Shown here: positions 34,170 to 45,573 of the stretch, one piece after another
Layout of the letters: each line of letters opens with the position of its first letter
Position numbering within the stretch: position 1 is the stretch's first letter
Assembly: GCA_002269645.1 (NCBI GenBank)
Contig: NIVC01000827.1
Coordinates: 62,001 to 126,000, forward strand
Direction of reading: 5' to 3'
From: Macrostomum lignano
Taxonomy: Eukaryota
Length of the DNA stretch: 64,000 nt
Notes under the pieces: generated by a model
What the model was told of the DNA's origin: nothing
The model's input: only the letters and a program-made list of their open reading frames with translations
Databases searched by the model: none
Program-made: the position numbers and the translations under genes

Positions 34170-34920
34170 CTGTCCTCGGGTCCATCTCCTGGCTCCTGCT
34201 GAAGGTCCCAGCTTGTCTCTGGCTCTCATCCTGACAGTGGATTGGTGTCCTGGGAAGGATGTTCGTCTCGTACCGGGGACAACCGGCTGAGTCCGGAGTT
34301 CTCTTGCCCTGGGTGCCTCTCTCTCCCGACCCCTTGGTCTGGCCCCCAATAATGAGCTGGATAGGCGATGCCCTTGGGTTGGTAGCAACAGAGTTGTTCT
34401 GCTGTCCGCCTAGAGTCTTCCCCCTCGGATACAAGCCTTCCAGACTCACTCCAAAATAGAGCTGGGTAGTGAAAAAGCCTTGAGGCTCGAGAGCCCAGTG
34501 TGGATCGCCCTTGGTAAGTAGCTGCCCAGACTCGCTCCAATAGTTTAAGCCATTTCCGCAGGTTTAGGAGTAATTCCTCACTCGGACTACTTTTTTTCAG
34601 TAGTACTCCAAGCATTTCGCTCTCCAATTTTTCTGCGCACTCCCAAAGACTCGCTAGCTGGGGGGGGTGGCCTGGGTGGACTCGGTCCTAGCACCGTCCC
34701 TGATTCCACTGTTGGGTTGGCGGTGTCTTGTACCGTAGGCTTGGGTCAACTTCGCCCACCCGCGCTTTGAGCCGGGTCCAATTCCCATGTCTCTCGGGGT
34801 ATCTCGGGCCCTGAACAGCTAATGTCTTGGCCCCTGGTAGTGCCCCTCGCGGCAGAGCCCTTCTTTTGGGCTGATCCGCAAGTAGCTAAGCTTCCCACCC
34901 CCGTTTAACAACAACAACAA
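34170..34920 (+). mobile_element. Probable 3' part of a non-LTR element ending in an AGCCC/GGGCT hairpin and (AAC)n tail
   Basis: CGGCAGAGCCC-loop-GGGCTGATCC...CGTTTAACAACAA, also present at 43196-43257. No coding homology recognised. Confidence 0.4.
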
Positions 34921-35028
34921 AAGCATCCTCGTTGCGATCCATTGCGATCTGACTTCAAAAAAGTTCTGTGCAGAGGATAGCGGAGTTGTTTAACCCATTT
35001 AACCTCTTGCAGCCAAAATCTCAATACT

Positions 35029-35845
35029 ATGGCCGACGCCCGAATCCGCGTTTATCTGGAAAAAACGAATTTATGGCCAACGAAGAAGACAGGCAGAAAA
35101 TGAGCCCCCAAGGATTAGGGCCATACAATTGGCAGAACAAGGCGAATGCAAGAGGCAGAAATTAGAGCAGCGGGACAAGAGCGAAGGAAAGTTAATCGTG
35201 AACGTAGATTTGGAAGAACTGGAGAGGGCGACTAAACGAAAGGAGGAAGAGTTTAGAGACTAGATGGCTCAATTTATGGAAGAGATACGACAGCATGAGG
35301 AAGGAGTAGAGCCCATTGACGAGCAGGAGACGGCCGCAGACGAAACAAAGTGCCAGCCAGAGCAACCCGAGCAGTGCCAGACGGAGCAGGGCCAGCCTGA
35401 GCCTGCGCCAAACCCGCTCATCGACTATGCCACACTGTTTAGGGTAGACCTAGGCGACACGCCGGCCCCTGAGGAGACCAGCACCGAACGGCTGGAAAGC
35501 CCCGGTACACGGGCCCGGAAGTTTTGCAAGTGCCGTCGCGCCCTTAAACGGTTCATCCTGGCCACAGGAAGAACGGGGCACTTCGAGGCTTAGTTACCGG
35601 AAGCGTGCGTCCATTTCCTGGCCACGGCAACATCAGAGGAGGAAGTCAGGTGTTTTGAAATCGCCTGCTCATACTGCCTACAGTACGCCGAAGGGAGGGC
35701 TCGGGGACCAACCAACATGAGAGCGACCACCGAGCTGCTTGAGTTTATCGCCGGACAATTCGACCCTACTCACCAGCTGATTCCGGTAAACGGACTACTT
35801 TATCTATCCACGCAAAATACCGTAAATCTCCGGCCAGCTCATTAA
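35029..35845 (+). pseudogene. Gypsy accessory ORF3, copy 2 (in-frame stops)
   Basis: Collinear with 18677-19240, including the upstream pol tail (QRIA.LFNPFNLLQPKSQ). Extends to ..LLEFIAGQFDPTHQLIPVNGLLYL..PAH*. Confidence 0.7.
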
Positions 35846-36388
35846 GTAAAAATAAGAAACTAAATAATTCTTCCAAAGCAATTACACATGCTCGATGCCA
35901 TCAATTATTTTCTTTTTTATTTACCATCTTGTGGAGTAGAATTTGAGTAAAACTTGCCAAATTATTTTACCGCTTTTTTACACCGCATTTTTCTGTTTTC
36001 ATGTTGTATACACTTGCCAATTATTCTTGTTTGTGTTCTTTTAGTTCAACGTGTTCAAAACATTTAGCATCATCAAGGTTTAATAGTGCAACTGTGCATG
36101 TCATTAACTATTCTTATCATATTCAACATTTAATCAAGGTCTTAATAGTACAAAGTATGTATGCCACTAATCATACGCGTATTTCAACTTATTCGACAAT
36201 TAATATCATTGAAGTTTTACGACCCTGCATACCATTAACTTTTCCACTTGTCATACGTGCAGTCCTAGTAATTCTTGCTCACCACATAGTTATATTCAGT
36301 CATCGCTGACAAGCGCAATCATACTTATTACATACCTAAATTTCGTTTAAATACAATGTACAAAAGGGGGTTTTGCACATTTTATAGC

Positions 36389-36852
36389 GAGGGGGAGGTG
36401 TAATAGGACATTATTTTTAGGAACAGGAGTTATTGTGGGTTTAATTGTGCTTTTTGCCTACTATCAGTAGTTCAGCCCGGGAAAATAATTAAAGCGGGGG
36501 TAAATCGCTAGTTTTGGGTTCTCTAGAACTACATGGGCAGTTTGGCCCTCGGAAAAGCATCCTCGTTGCGATCCATTGCGATCTGACTTAGAAAAATTCA
36601 CAAAGGAAGTGGTAAGAAGGGGAACAGGAAAATATAAGGGTTAGGATTGCACTAGAGGAGTCTTGTTTCTAATATTGGGAGTCTTGCCCAACGCACATGA
36701 ACGGGAATAAAAACTAATGTAAAATAACCTTTTGTACGCATTTCTTTTATTATTAAATATTTCCAAAACTGTTAACTATAATCTTTGGTGTCCTGACTAA
36801 CTTCTTTAATCTAATTACTAGAATTAGGGAAATCAGGAGCCTGGTGGCAGCG
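36389..36852 (+). mobile_element. PPT - LTR - PBS (tRNA-Leu type) junction
   Basis: GAGGGGGAGG at 36389-36398, TGTAAT at 36399, AATAAA inside, TGGTGGCAGCG at 36842-36852. The 3' half is homologous to 43255-43495 plus 47163-47199. Confidence 0.75.
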
Positions 36853-37050
36853 AACTACCAAAAAGTCTCAAACCAGTAAGAATTAAATCCACTAGTTAAA
36901 TACTTAGCAATAAAGACCAGTAGCCTAAACCGCGAGGTACCACGCGTGTCCACCAGCACAGCAATTGTCTTTATTTTTAACATTTATGCAAGCTTTTTTG
37001 CCGGCTAGCTTATGCGGGAGCTCTATATAAGAGGAGGCTTTAAGTGGGTC

Positions 37051-37236
37051 TTATTTCATGACCATGACAGTCGCTCTTTGAATCCCTCCCACGACCCATC
37101 CGGAACCTCTGGGTGTAAACGCTTCAATTTTCTTAGTGACATCTTGAAGGAAAGGATCCAGTGTGTCTGTAGGGGTGAATGGCTTTGCCTTTGTTGTCAT
37201 GTAATACTCGAGATGCTCAGTGGGTTTTACAGGCAT
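37051..37236 (-). pseudogene. Probable pPolB N-terminal fragment
   Basis: KIEAFTPRGSGWVVGGI resembles the IE.F...GSGW motif upstream of Polinton PolB. Confidence 0.5.
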
Positions 37237-37305
37237 ATAAAACGCAATCTTGAATGATAACTGTAGTTTTAATATTTTAATTAATTTCTGTGTCAGCTGG
37301 TATCA

Positions 37306-38296
37306 CTAGGAGTTCAGCTCTAGTGAATGACCGCTGACCGATTTAGGGTTAAAGGCTTGAGATAAAAAGTAATACTCTCCAGAGTCGTAGGTAAAATGTC
37401 TGTCTATTTTATGTACATCAAGGCTGATAGGATCTGTAGCTCTTCTTTTAGTGTCCTTTTCTAGCTCTCCAGGTAGATATAAAAAGCGTAGAAACTCAGA
37501 GTATGCCTGTATGTATTGTGATTCAACTCCTGGAAGCATAGGATAGTTCGAGGTGTGTTTTGTGTTGTGCGTGTTGTGTGTGTTGTCTGTTCTATGAGAT
37601 GCCTTAAGTTCGACAGTGTCTTGTTTAATTGCATGGGACGGTTTCAATCCAGTCATGCGTGTGACTTCATTGTTCAGTTGCTCTATAACAGTGGGGAGGC
37701 GGTCTGTCCATTTTGTATAGTATTGGCCATTTTTTAGTTTCAGCTCCTCAGCTGTCTGCTTAGTGAATAGCCTCTTGGCTAGAGTTAGATTGAATCTCTC
37801 AACGTACGCCTGGTCTCTGTGCAGGTCTGTTCTGCCATAGCGAATTTGTGTCATACTTATGTAGAAGTGATTTCACCGCACCTAGGAATTCTTTACCCGG
37901 GTCGGTCATAAAGATTTTAGGGTAACTAAGGGGCGAGTTTATGTATATTTCTTGGAGGGCAGCTGCAACTGCTTCTGACTTCTTTGTCTTAAGTGGTCTC
38001 GCTTCCTTATATCTGGAGGCAATGTCTATAACTGTGAGAGCATACTTGTAGCCTGAGTCATTAGGGAGAAACAGAAGATCTGCTTGGTGCGCCTCATTAG
38101 GTTTATAAATACTGAAATGGGGCCTTTCAAATTTTACTGGTGGGAAATAGACTTGAAAGACAGCCTGCTTAGAGAGCCACTTTTCTACTGTAGCTTTTGG
38201 TTCCTTACTTAGTTTTGCGAGTTTGGGGACTGCATTTTTTCCTACAAAGAATCCTTTGTCGCTGTAGTAGAGCTTTTGAAGTTTCTGATCTGTCAT
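37306..38296 (-). pseudogene. Polinton retroviral-like integrase (one frameshift)
   Basis: KLYY..G, HQADLLFL, YALTVIDIASRY, MTDPGKEF, QAYVERFNLTL. Confidence 0.9.
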
Positions 38297-38326
38297 TTTA
38301 AAAAAAAGAAAATTTTAAATAAAATA

Positions 38327-38827
38327 ATGCAACGATCTGGTGGTAAGTTAGATTCACATGGACTGATAGAAAAGCTTCCTCATCCAAATAAAGGCTGGAC
38401 AATTCCCGGCTACAAATATTGCGGGCCTTTAAATCCACTTGAAATACAGTTAGATAAAAGCAATAATCCAAATCCTGGGCATGAGCCTTTGAACGAGCTA
38501 GACTCTGTCTGCATGTGGCACGATGTTAAATATAGAGATTTTCCTGAGGAGAAGAATCGCTGGGACAAAGAAATGCTCAGAAAATTAGACAATATGGGGA
38601 ATTCAAGCGGGTTTCGTGAGTCTATTGCTCGGAAATTAGTCAAGGCGGTTATTTTGGGAAAGACAAAGTTGGGATTAAGAATTAGCGCCGAGGGTGGGTG
38701 TTTGGGAAGAGAGGGTGGGTGCACGGGGAGAGAGGGCGGACGCTCGGGAGCAGGGTTTATTTTGTGCGCTCCTAACAAGGAACTAGGAAGACTTTTGAAA
38801 GATATTGGGGTAGAGAGAGACGCTTGA
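38327..38827 (+). CDS. Parvoviral-type phospholipase A2 domain protein of a Polinton
   Basis: IPGYKYCGPLN (Ca-loop-like) and LDSVCMWHDVKY (HDxxY). Transcribed divergently from the integrase, 30 bp away. Confidence 0.8.
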   Translation: MQRSGGKLDSHGLIEKLPHPNKGWTIPGYKYCGPLNPLEIQLDKSNNPNPGHEPLNELDSVCMWHDVKYRDFPEEKNRWDKEMLRKLDNMGNSSGFRESIARKLVKAVILGKTKLGLRISAEGGCLGREGGCTGREGGRSGAGFILCAPNKELGRLLKDIGVERDA

Positions 38828-39404
38828 GTCGGGAAGGGTTTGTGAGCGCGAGGAAAATCAATATTATTCTGGATCCGAATAATAACGATTTTTTACTGTG
38901 CGAGGATCTACACTATCTTGTTCTTTCTCTACCTTCATTCATTTCCAGCCTTGCAACTAGCTCGCACGTTGGTTCATGGGGAGAGAGGGCGAAGGCTCGG
39001 GAGCAGGGTTTATTTTGTACGCTCCTAACAAGGAACTAGGAAGACTGCTGAAAGAGCTGGGGGTAGAGAGGGGCGCTTGAGTCGGGAAGGGTTTAACTAT
39101 CATTCTCAGCCCTGGCCAAACGCGACAGCTACATTTTGAAAAGGGTTGGGGTAACTGCTATTTGCTGAGGGAGCGCAGCCCTCTAATCGATTTTGCGAAT
39201 GTACAAGTTCCACGCGTGCTTTCCTTTCCGCTTTGACAACCCCAATCAACCAAGGAAATGTACCTCCGCTTGTACACCGTGCGTTCTTGTTTGCTAACTA
39301 CGTTCTGGAAACTTTCATTTCCACCCTAGCTAGCTGTATAAAAGCAAAAAAAACACTGAACACTACACATACTTTCGATTGTAATATACTATTAAAATCC
39401 CAGC

Positions 39405-39845
39405 ATGGCTTTGTCTAAAGAGAAACAAAGACGCATCTCAGACGTTGTGGAGATGACCACATCGTTATTAAAAAAAGATCGATCGCTGCTGGGAGCTCGC
39501 CTCCGAGACTTTCCCAATGAAGAGCTGATGAGGCTTCAAGCAAGCTTGCAAAAGTTAAACGGTCTGCCAGACAAGGGGAAGAGCGTATCGGAGAAGAAAG
39601 AAGAGAATAGACAAGAGGAAACCGTAATTGAAAAAATTAAGGAAAAATTGGAGGATATCGAAGATCGCGGCGTGCGAGTCAGTCTACAGTCACTAATCTC
39701 TTCGATTAATTTCGTCGGAGAAAAGTTGTTCGATTTGTCGAGAACATCGATTATCGAGGGCACCAAGCAAGTGATAGTTGGCATTGACAATGTCAACTTA
39801 AGGCGATCTTACAATTCGAGTTCGGAAGAAGAGTCAACTATTTAA
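39405..39845 (+). CDS. Hypothetical 146-aa charged protein within the Polinton fragment
   Basis: Clean ORF with ATG; TATAAAAG about 70 bp upstream; no recognisable motif. Confidence 0.5.
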   Translation: MALSKEKQRRISDVVEMTTSLLKKDRSLLGARLRDFPNEELMRLQASLQKLNGLPDKGKSVSEKKEENRQEETVIEKIKEKLEDIEDRGVRVSLQSLISSINFVGEKLFDLSRTSIIEGTKQVIVGIDNVNLRRSYNSSSEEESTI

Positions 39846-39859
39846 GTTCAAAGTTTGGT

Positions 39860-40259
39860 ATGGACGAACGCGAGCTCGTGTGTTTGACATAACCATTCGG
39901 AAAGTGAGTGATTATGTGAAGTATTACCGGCTGTACCTGGAGTTCCCGGGGCTGATCTTCTCGGGTTATTCGATGGGGCGTGTGTTGAACTATAGCGCTC
40001 CAATCCGCAAGGCTGCCACCGACACCAGATTTGACCAGCTGCTGAGAATGCAGCACGAAAGTGTTGCCTTCCTTACAATGGAAGGTGAATTTGAAAAGAC
40101 AATCCATGCCTGGTACGAAGACGGTAAGTAATTGCTTCACAGTTTTAATTCTATTAAATTTAAATTTATAATTCTTAAAACGTTGCTTTTATTTTTTCAG
40201 AGGCCAACGAGGAAGATGATGAAGATGAGGACGAGGACAACAAAGTGAAGATGTGCTGA
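39860..40259 (+). pseudogene. Two-exon small gene with acidic C-terminus (intron 40124-40200)
   Basis: G|GTAAGT donor, polypyrimidine tract + CAG acceptor, in-frame exon 2 EANEEDDEDEDEDNKVKMC*. An apparent 2-nt slip (gtgtgt) near the start breaks the frame. Confidence 0.55.
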
Positions 40260-43254
40260 CAGTGACAACACTCTAATATTTATTCAGGCATTTTATTGAC
40301 AAGTCCTTTAGGTTATTGTTTGTTGTGTTAAGATTTCATAAGTATTAATATTTTCATAGTGTAGAGAGTAGTGGCAAGATACCACTTACCACTAAATACC
40401 ACTAGAGGGAGGGGCAAGGCAAGAAAGGCATGAGGAGGTCCGCCAAGGTTGTGTGTTAAAAAAAGCGGAGTGTAACAGAAAGCGTACACTGGCATGGGAG
40501 AGAGATTTCTCTGAAACCGAGGTACCCAAGGCCAGCTGGGGAGACGAATATTTGAACGTACTGGGCGCACATGATTTTTTCTAACGCGTTAGAGAAAACA
40601 ATGTGCGTACATGATTTTTTCTAACACGTTAGAGAAAATCATGTGTGGTTTTTCCGAGACAGTCCAGAATAGCGTCAAGTTGTTTAGAGCCTACTTATAA
40701 GTAATATGACTAGAAATTCTTACTTCAAGTAATAACACGATAAAATATGGGATATGTACAGAGGATACTGTAGGTTTGTTAGATAACATTCCTTCTAATA
40801 TAAATTTAGAGCAACTTGTAGACAATTTTAGAAGTACCACCAATTAATATTTTTTCTTGTTTTTGTTTATGTAAAACATTGTTATTCTATTAATGAGTTT
40901 TCTCAGCTAGCTATTGTTTTTTGCCTCGCAAGATTCACATCAAGCATGAAATTTATTTCAGTTGACGTGTTTTATCGGGTAAAATTTTTACCTTAAATAT
41001 GCCTTTAAAGTAGTTATTTTTCAGTCCACAATAATGGTATAAAAAATCCACTGTCACATATAATACAAAGGTCTGCTTTCTTTCTTTTCTTTGTTTTAAG
41101 TGAAATTACCATCAACGATTGTACCTTTCATGCAGAGCCAAACTCTGAGAATTTTCTCAGCTGTGTTTTGAACCATTGAGATTTAAGTGCTTGATTAATA
41201 TTAGGGACATTGATATCAACGCCGGGCCAATATTTTCTCATGTACTCGCTGCATTCTAGTTTGCATCGGTACTTACTCTTGTAAATAGGCTCGTGCGCTT
41301 TGTAATAAGAACCTGGAGAGACAACTGGAAACATTTTTATTGAGAATTTAACTTTTTTCATAGGATAAGCACCCTGGGTTTGGGGATTTAAAGTTTTAGG
41401 GATGTGTTAGCACGTTGCGGATTGAATGTGGGGAGAAGAATGCAGATTATTTTCTGATTGTTTCGAATATGCTATGGGTAGATGTCAGTGGATCATGTCA
41501 GTGTCAATGATTCTGTCAGGGATAATATGGATGGATTTGGGTGGATTATGTTCGAAGTTTTCGGAGCAAGTAGGAGACCTGTTATGCTCTGATTTAAGGA
41601 TAATATGGATGGATTTAAGAGGATTATGTTCGAAGTTTTCGGAGCTGTTATGCTCAGAGCATAAACCCTCAGAGCATAACATTAGGACACCTGTTATGCT
41701 CTGATTCTGTCGGGGTTAATATGGATGGATTTAATGGGATTATGTTCGAAGTTTTCGGAGCAAGGGCGACCCCCTTTTTTCTGATTCTGTCGGGGATAAT
41801 ATGGATGGATTTAATGGGAATATGGAAGACGTGAAAAATTTTGTCCCAGAAGCCCCCTCATGCCTTCTACTCCTCTGCCTAATCTTCAGTATTTAAAAAA
41901 GCCAAAAAAATGCTTGCTTTACTTCCTTGCCTTCTTCCCCCTGTCTCCTTGATAGCCGTGTGTCAGCGCAGATAGAACTTATAAGCAAAACTTGCTACTA
42001 AATATAAAAAATGCGTGCTTGGCTGGTTGGGGGAAAGCCTATAAACCAGCAGTCAATGGGGGATTGAACGAGAACTTTTTTACCTGTGATCGCCTCCTTT
42101 TGCATTGTGTCGCACCGCCGTTACAATAACCATGCCAATAACAGTTCTATCTCTCAGTAATGCCAATATTGTCTGCAGTATTCCCCTTACTGTATGGTCC
42201 AGAACCTTTGTGAGGACCCCTCTCTCTATCAGATTGCCCTATATTATAAGACTTAGAAATCTGAACGGAATTTAAGAGTTCGCTAGCAGAAAGCTAAAAA
42301 CCAAAAATAGCAACAGCAGAAAGTGCGAGCAAGCGAAAAGGAGAATGATTAGACAAAATCCGCCCCCAGAGATCAACTATTCATTTCAGCGCAGGCCCGG
42401 TTCGGCATGACAGCAGCTGTGCCGACGTGGAGCTGCCTGACACCGGATCCGCAGAGGCGCTGACGTGGAACCGCCTGAGACCGGACCCGCAGCTGTGCTG
42501 ACGTGGAGCTCCCGGAATCAACCCGGCCTACCCCGACCTGCAGCTGCCTGCATCGACCCAACCCAGCAGAAACTGGAGCCGCCCGGACCCGATCGGGAAC
42601 GAGATCGAGAGGAGGCCGAGTCCGCACAAGAAGGCGGGATCGATGAAAGAAAAGGGGTTGGCGTGCCTGCCAACCAACTAGTTTAATGACAATAACTGTA
42701 CGAGACTCGAGGCTGCGACCTCACTCACCCCAAATTCCCATGCGTACTGTTGCTATGGTATTTTCTTCCCCTCGGATCGAGGGTTTTAAAGACATTATAT
42801 ATATCGGAGCGGAGCGCGGAAAAAGAATCGCCGCGCGAGTCAGTTAGAGATTCTATTTGAATTCCGTTACGTTAAACACATTAGAAAACTCATAGTGTTT
42901 GTGTTATTTATTGAGTAGGATCTAAGATAAGGATCCCGAGAGATCATCACAGCCAGCCAGTATACTGAGTGTCGATAGTCGTTAGGAGTTATAGCCTTCA
43001 AGACATCTAGACTGCAATAATCCGCTAGACCAATTATACGAAAAATATAAGTAAAGACAAGAGACATCAAAACTTGAAGCGCTATATATATCTTATAGTG
43101 CAAAATATTTTTATCCTCCAATTGTAAATATCAATATATATTAAATTTTTAATTTCGTGTACCAATACTCGCATAATTTTAAAATAATAATACATCGGCA
43201 GAGCCCTACTCGGGCTGATCCAAGGTGCCCCTTCTTAGCACCGTCGTTTAACAA

Positions 43255-43495
43255 CAAGGAATTTGGTAAGAAAGGGGAAATAAGGGGAAAAACTAAAATA
43301 GGAATTGCACAAGAGGAGTCTTGCCTCTGAATTACCGGGAGTCCTGCAAAAGCACAATTAATGGAAATATGAATTAAGGGGAATAAATGTAACCAACCTT
43401 TTTGTACGTTAAAACATTTTGTTATTATTAGTAAAACTTGTGTTACTAGAATTCTCATTAGTGTCCTGACTCAGTTCTTTAACTCTAAATACCAG
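43255..43495 (+). mobile_element. Gypsy LTR 3' half, continued at 47163-47199 with PBS TGGTGGCAGCG, split by the mini-Polinton
   Basis: Aligns with 36600-36852 once 43496-47168 is removed. Confidence 0.75.
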
Positions 43496-43966
43496 AGTAG
43501 AAGGCATGAGTTGGCTTTTGGGACAAAATTTTTCACATCCTCCATAATCCCATTAAATCCATCCATATTATCCCCGACAGAATCAGAAAAAAGGGGGGTC
43601 GCACTCGCTCACAAAACGTCCTCCATAATCCCATTAAATCCATCCATATTATCCCTGACAGAATCATGAAAAAGGGGAGGGGCCGCACTTGCTCCGAAAA
43701 CTTCGAACATAATCCCATTAAATCCATCCATATTATCCCTGACAGAATCAGAGCAGGTGTCAACTGATACCTGTTATGCTCACTGTGGACACCTGTTATG
43801 CTCACTGACACTGACATCATCCACCGACATCCACCCATAGCATCTTCGAAACAATCAGAAAAGAATCTGCATTCTTCTCCCCACATTCAATTCGCAACGC
43901 GAAACCAGATCCCTTAGACTTTAAATTATCAGCGCAGGGTCCTTACCCTTTGAAAAAAAAACTAAA

Positions 43967-44215
43967 TTGTCAATAAAAATGTTTCCAGTTGTCTCTCCAG
44001 GTTCTTATTATACTCAGCCTAATCCATTGTACAAATCCAAGTACCGATGCAAACTTGAATGCAGCGAATACATGAGAAAATATTGGCCCAACGTTGATAT
44101 CAATGTCCCTAATATTAATCTAGCTCTCCAAAGACATTGGTTTCATAAGTATGGAGTAGTCATTAACGATTACGACAGCTACTATAACTTTGCAGAAATC
44201 ATTAGGCAATTGTAG
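43967..44215 (+). CDS. Small ORF inside the left TIR (mirror copy 46442-46690, minus strand; diverged copy 41128-41361, minus strand)
   Basis: MFPVVSPGSYY..YKSKYRCKLECSEYMRKYWP.VDINVPNIN is open in all three TIR copies. Confidence 0.55.
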   Translation: MSIKMFPVVSPGSYYTQPNPLYKSKYRCKLECSEYMRKYWPNVDINVPNINLALQRHWFHKYGVVINDYDSYYNFAEIIRQL

Positions 44216-45009
44216 AATGTCGTTACGATACGCTTTAAGACTTTAAGACTGCATTAATAGATATTTTTACGTATGGTATTTTTGCTGTGTGGCGGGTGGG
44301 TGATAGCGGAATGGGTATGGCAGCTTTTTCTTGTCATAGCGCGAGCGGCGTGTGCAGCATAGAGAAAAAAGCTTTTGCCCAGCTCAACCCTAACTAGCTC
44401 AGAAGATCCCTTGCCTAGCTTCAGAAACGCCCATTTAGTTCCTTGTTTAAACCCCCAGCCTTTTCAACCCCCAGCTCTTTCAGCAGTCTTCCTAGATCTT
44501 TCCCAGGCAACCCCAATCAACCATTAATAGAAAATACTGGCTATAAGTAGAAAATCTGCGGGTTTCCCTTCTAGAATTCGAATTCTAGAAAATTCTAGAA
44601 TAAAAATAAAATCCATGGATTCCCGCGCCCACACCAATGGTATATATACAGCCGATTCACACCGCCCCTCGCCTCGCCTCGCCCCTCGCCTCGCCTCGCC
44701 TTGCCTGCCACACTGTATAATACACTGAGAAAAATTGCTAGAGCTCTTAAAGAGTCTCAGATTATCAGCAAAGCTATATCCTCTCTGAGTATGGCCGAAA
44801 CAATCGCCAGTACAGGATTAACTGACGATATGGAAGGATTATTGACAAAGGATAAAACTGAAGCGAAAGCTTTCTTCGAAGAACTTTTGAGAGAGATTCC
44901 TGACGAACGAAAAGAATTTTGGTGTGATAAAGTCAATTCAACTTGGGACTTGGAAGGATCATCAATTCGACTGGAAGACCTCTTCACTGGAGACAACGAC
45001 GAAGTGCAG

Positions 45010-45554
45010 TGCCAAAGACTGCACTAAAAGCTGATTATCTTAAGACAATAGAGAAGGACATTGATGTTGCATACACGGCCTACATGTGTCGAGATAAGCG
45101 AAACGAAACTAGAACAAACATCTGCATCAAAGAGGGATCATGCAGCAATCCAAGGTATATCATTATTAATATGAGAAACCCAAATAGCATTATACGCTAC
45201 ATGCATGGAGACGTGCGGTCCATTCAGCATGAAATCAGTGATAATCTTTACCCTGCACTGCCACAAAATGGAGATTTCAGTCAGAATAAGATTAGCAAAT
45301 TTTACAGCGAGTTGGTCGACTTGGCTGTGAAAGAGAACAATGGAATTGCTATCACTGCTCTTCAATATGGAACTCTATATCCGATGTTTGGCGCTGATGT
45401 GTCTGCCAGACAAATGCCTACTGATAACAGCCCTGTGAATATCGTGACTAACATTGAAAGGACTGCCGCAACACCCGTGGACCTGTACATTGTCTATGCA
45501 TTTGAGAGGAAGGTGAAGCTTAACATGATCAACAATTCATCCAGTAAAGTTTAA
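45010..45554 (+). pseudogene. Polinton major capsid C-terminal half
   Basis: Nearly identical to the C-terminal half of 33176-34162 from PKTALKADYL onward; fused to an unrelated upstream ORF by deletion. Confidence 0.8.
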
Positions 45555-45573
45555 ATATTTTTTAGGACAAAAA

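Larger units (their letters stand above)
37010..41871. mobile_element. Polinton/Maverick fragment ending in a right TIR
   Basis: Integrase, PLA2 and small ORFs, plus a diverged copy of the TIR ending ...CATGCCTTCTACT at 41871. Confidence 0.85.

Noticed and set aside
34850-34880. Hammerhead ribozyme at the hairpin-CTGA motifs
   Set aside because: The core reads CTGATCC or CTGAGGC, not CTGANGA, and no stem II-GAAA follows.
43533-43886. ORFs with repeated ILSGIIWMDL (also 46771-47238 and 41426-41704)
   Set aside because: They follow the about 60-bp TIR subrepeats and differ in length between copies; there is no independent support for coding.
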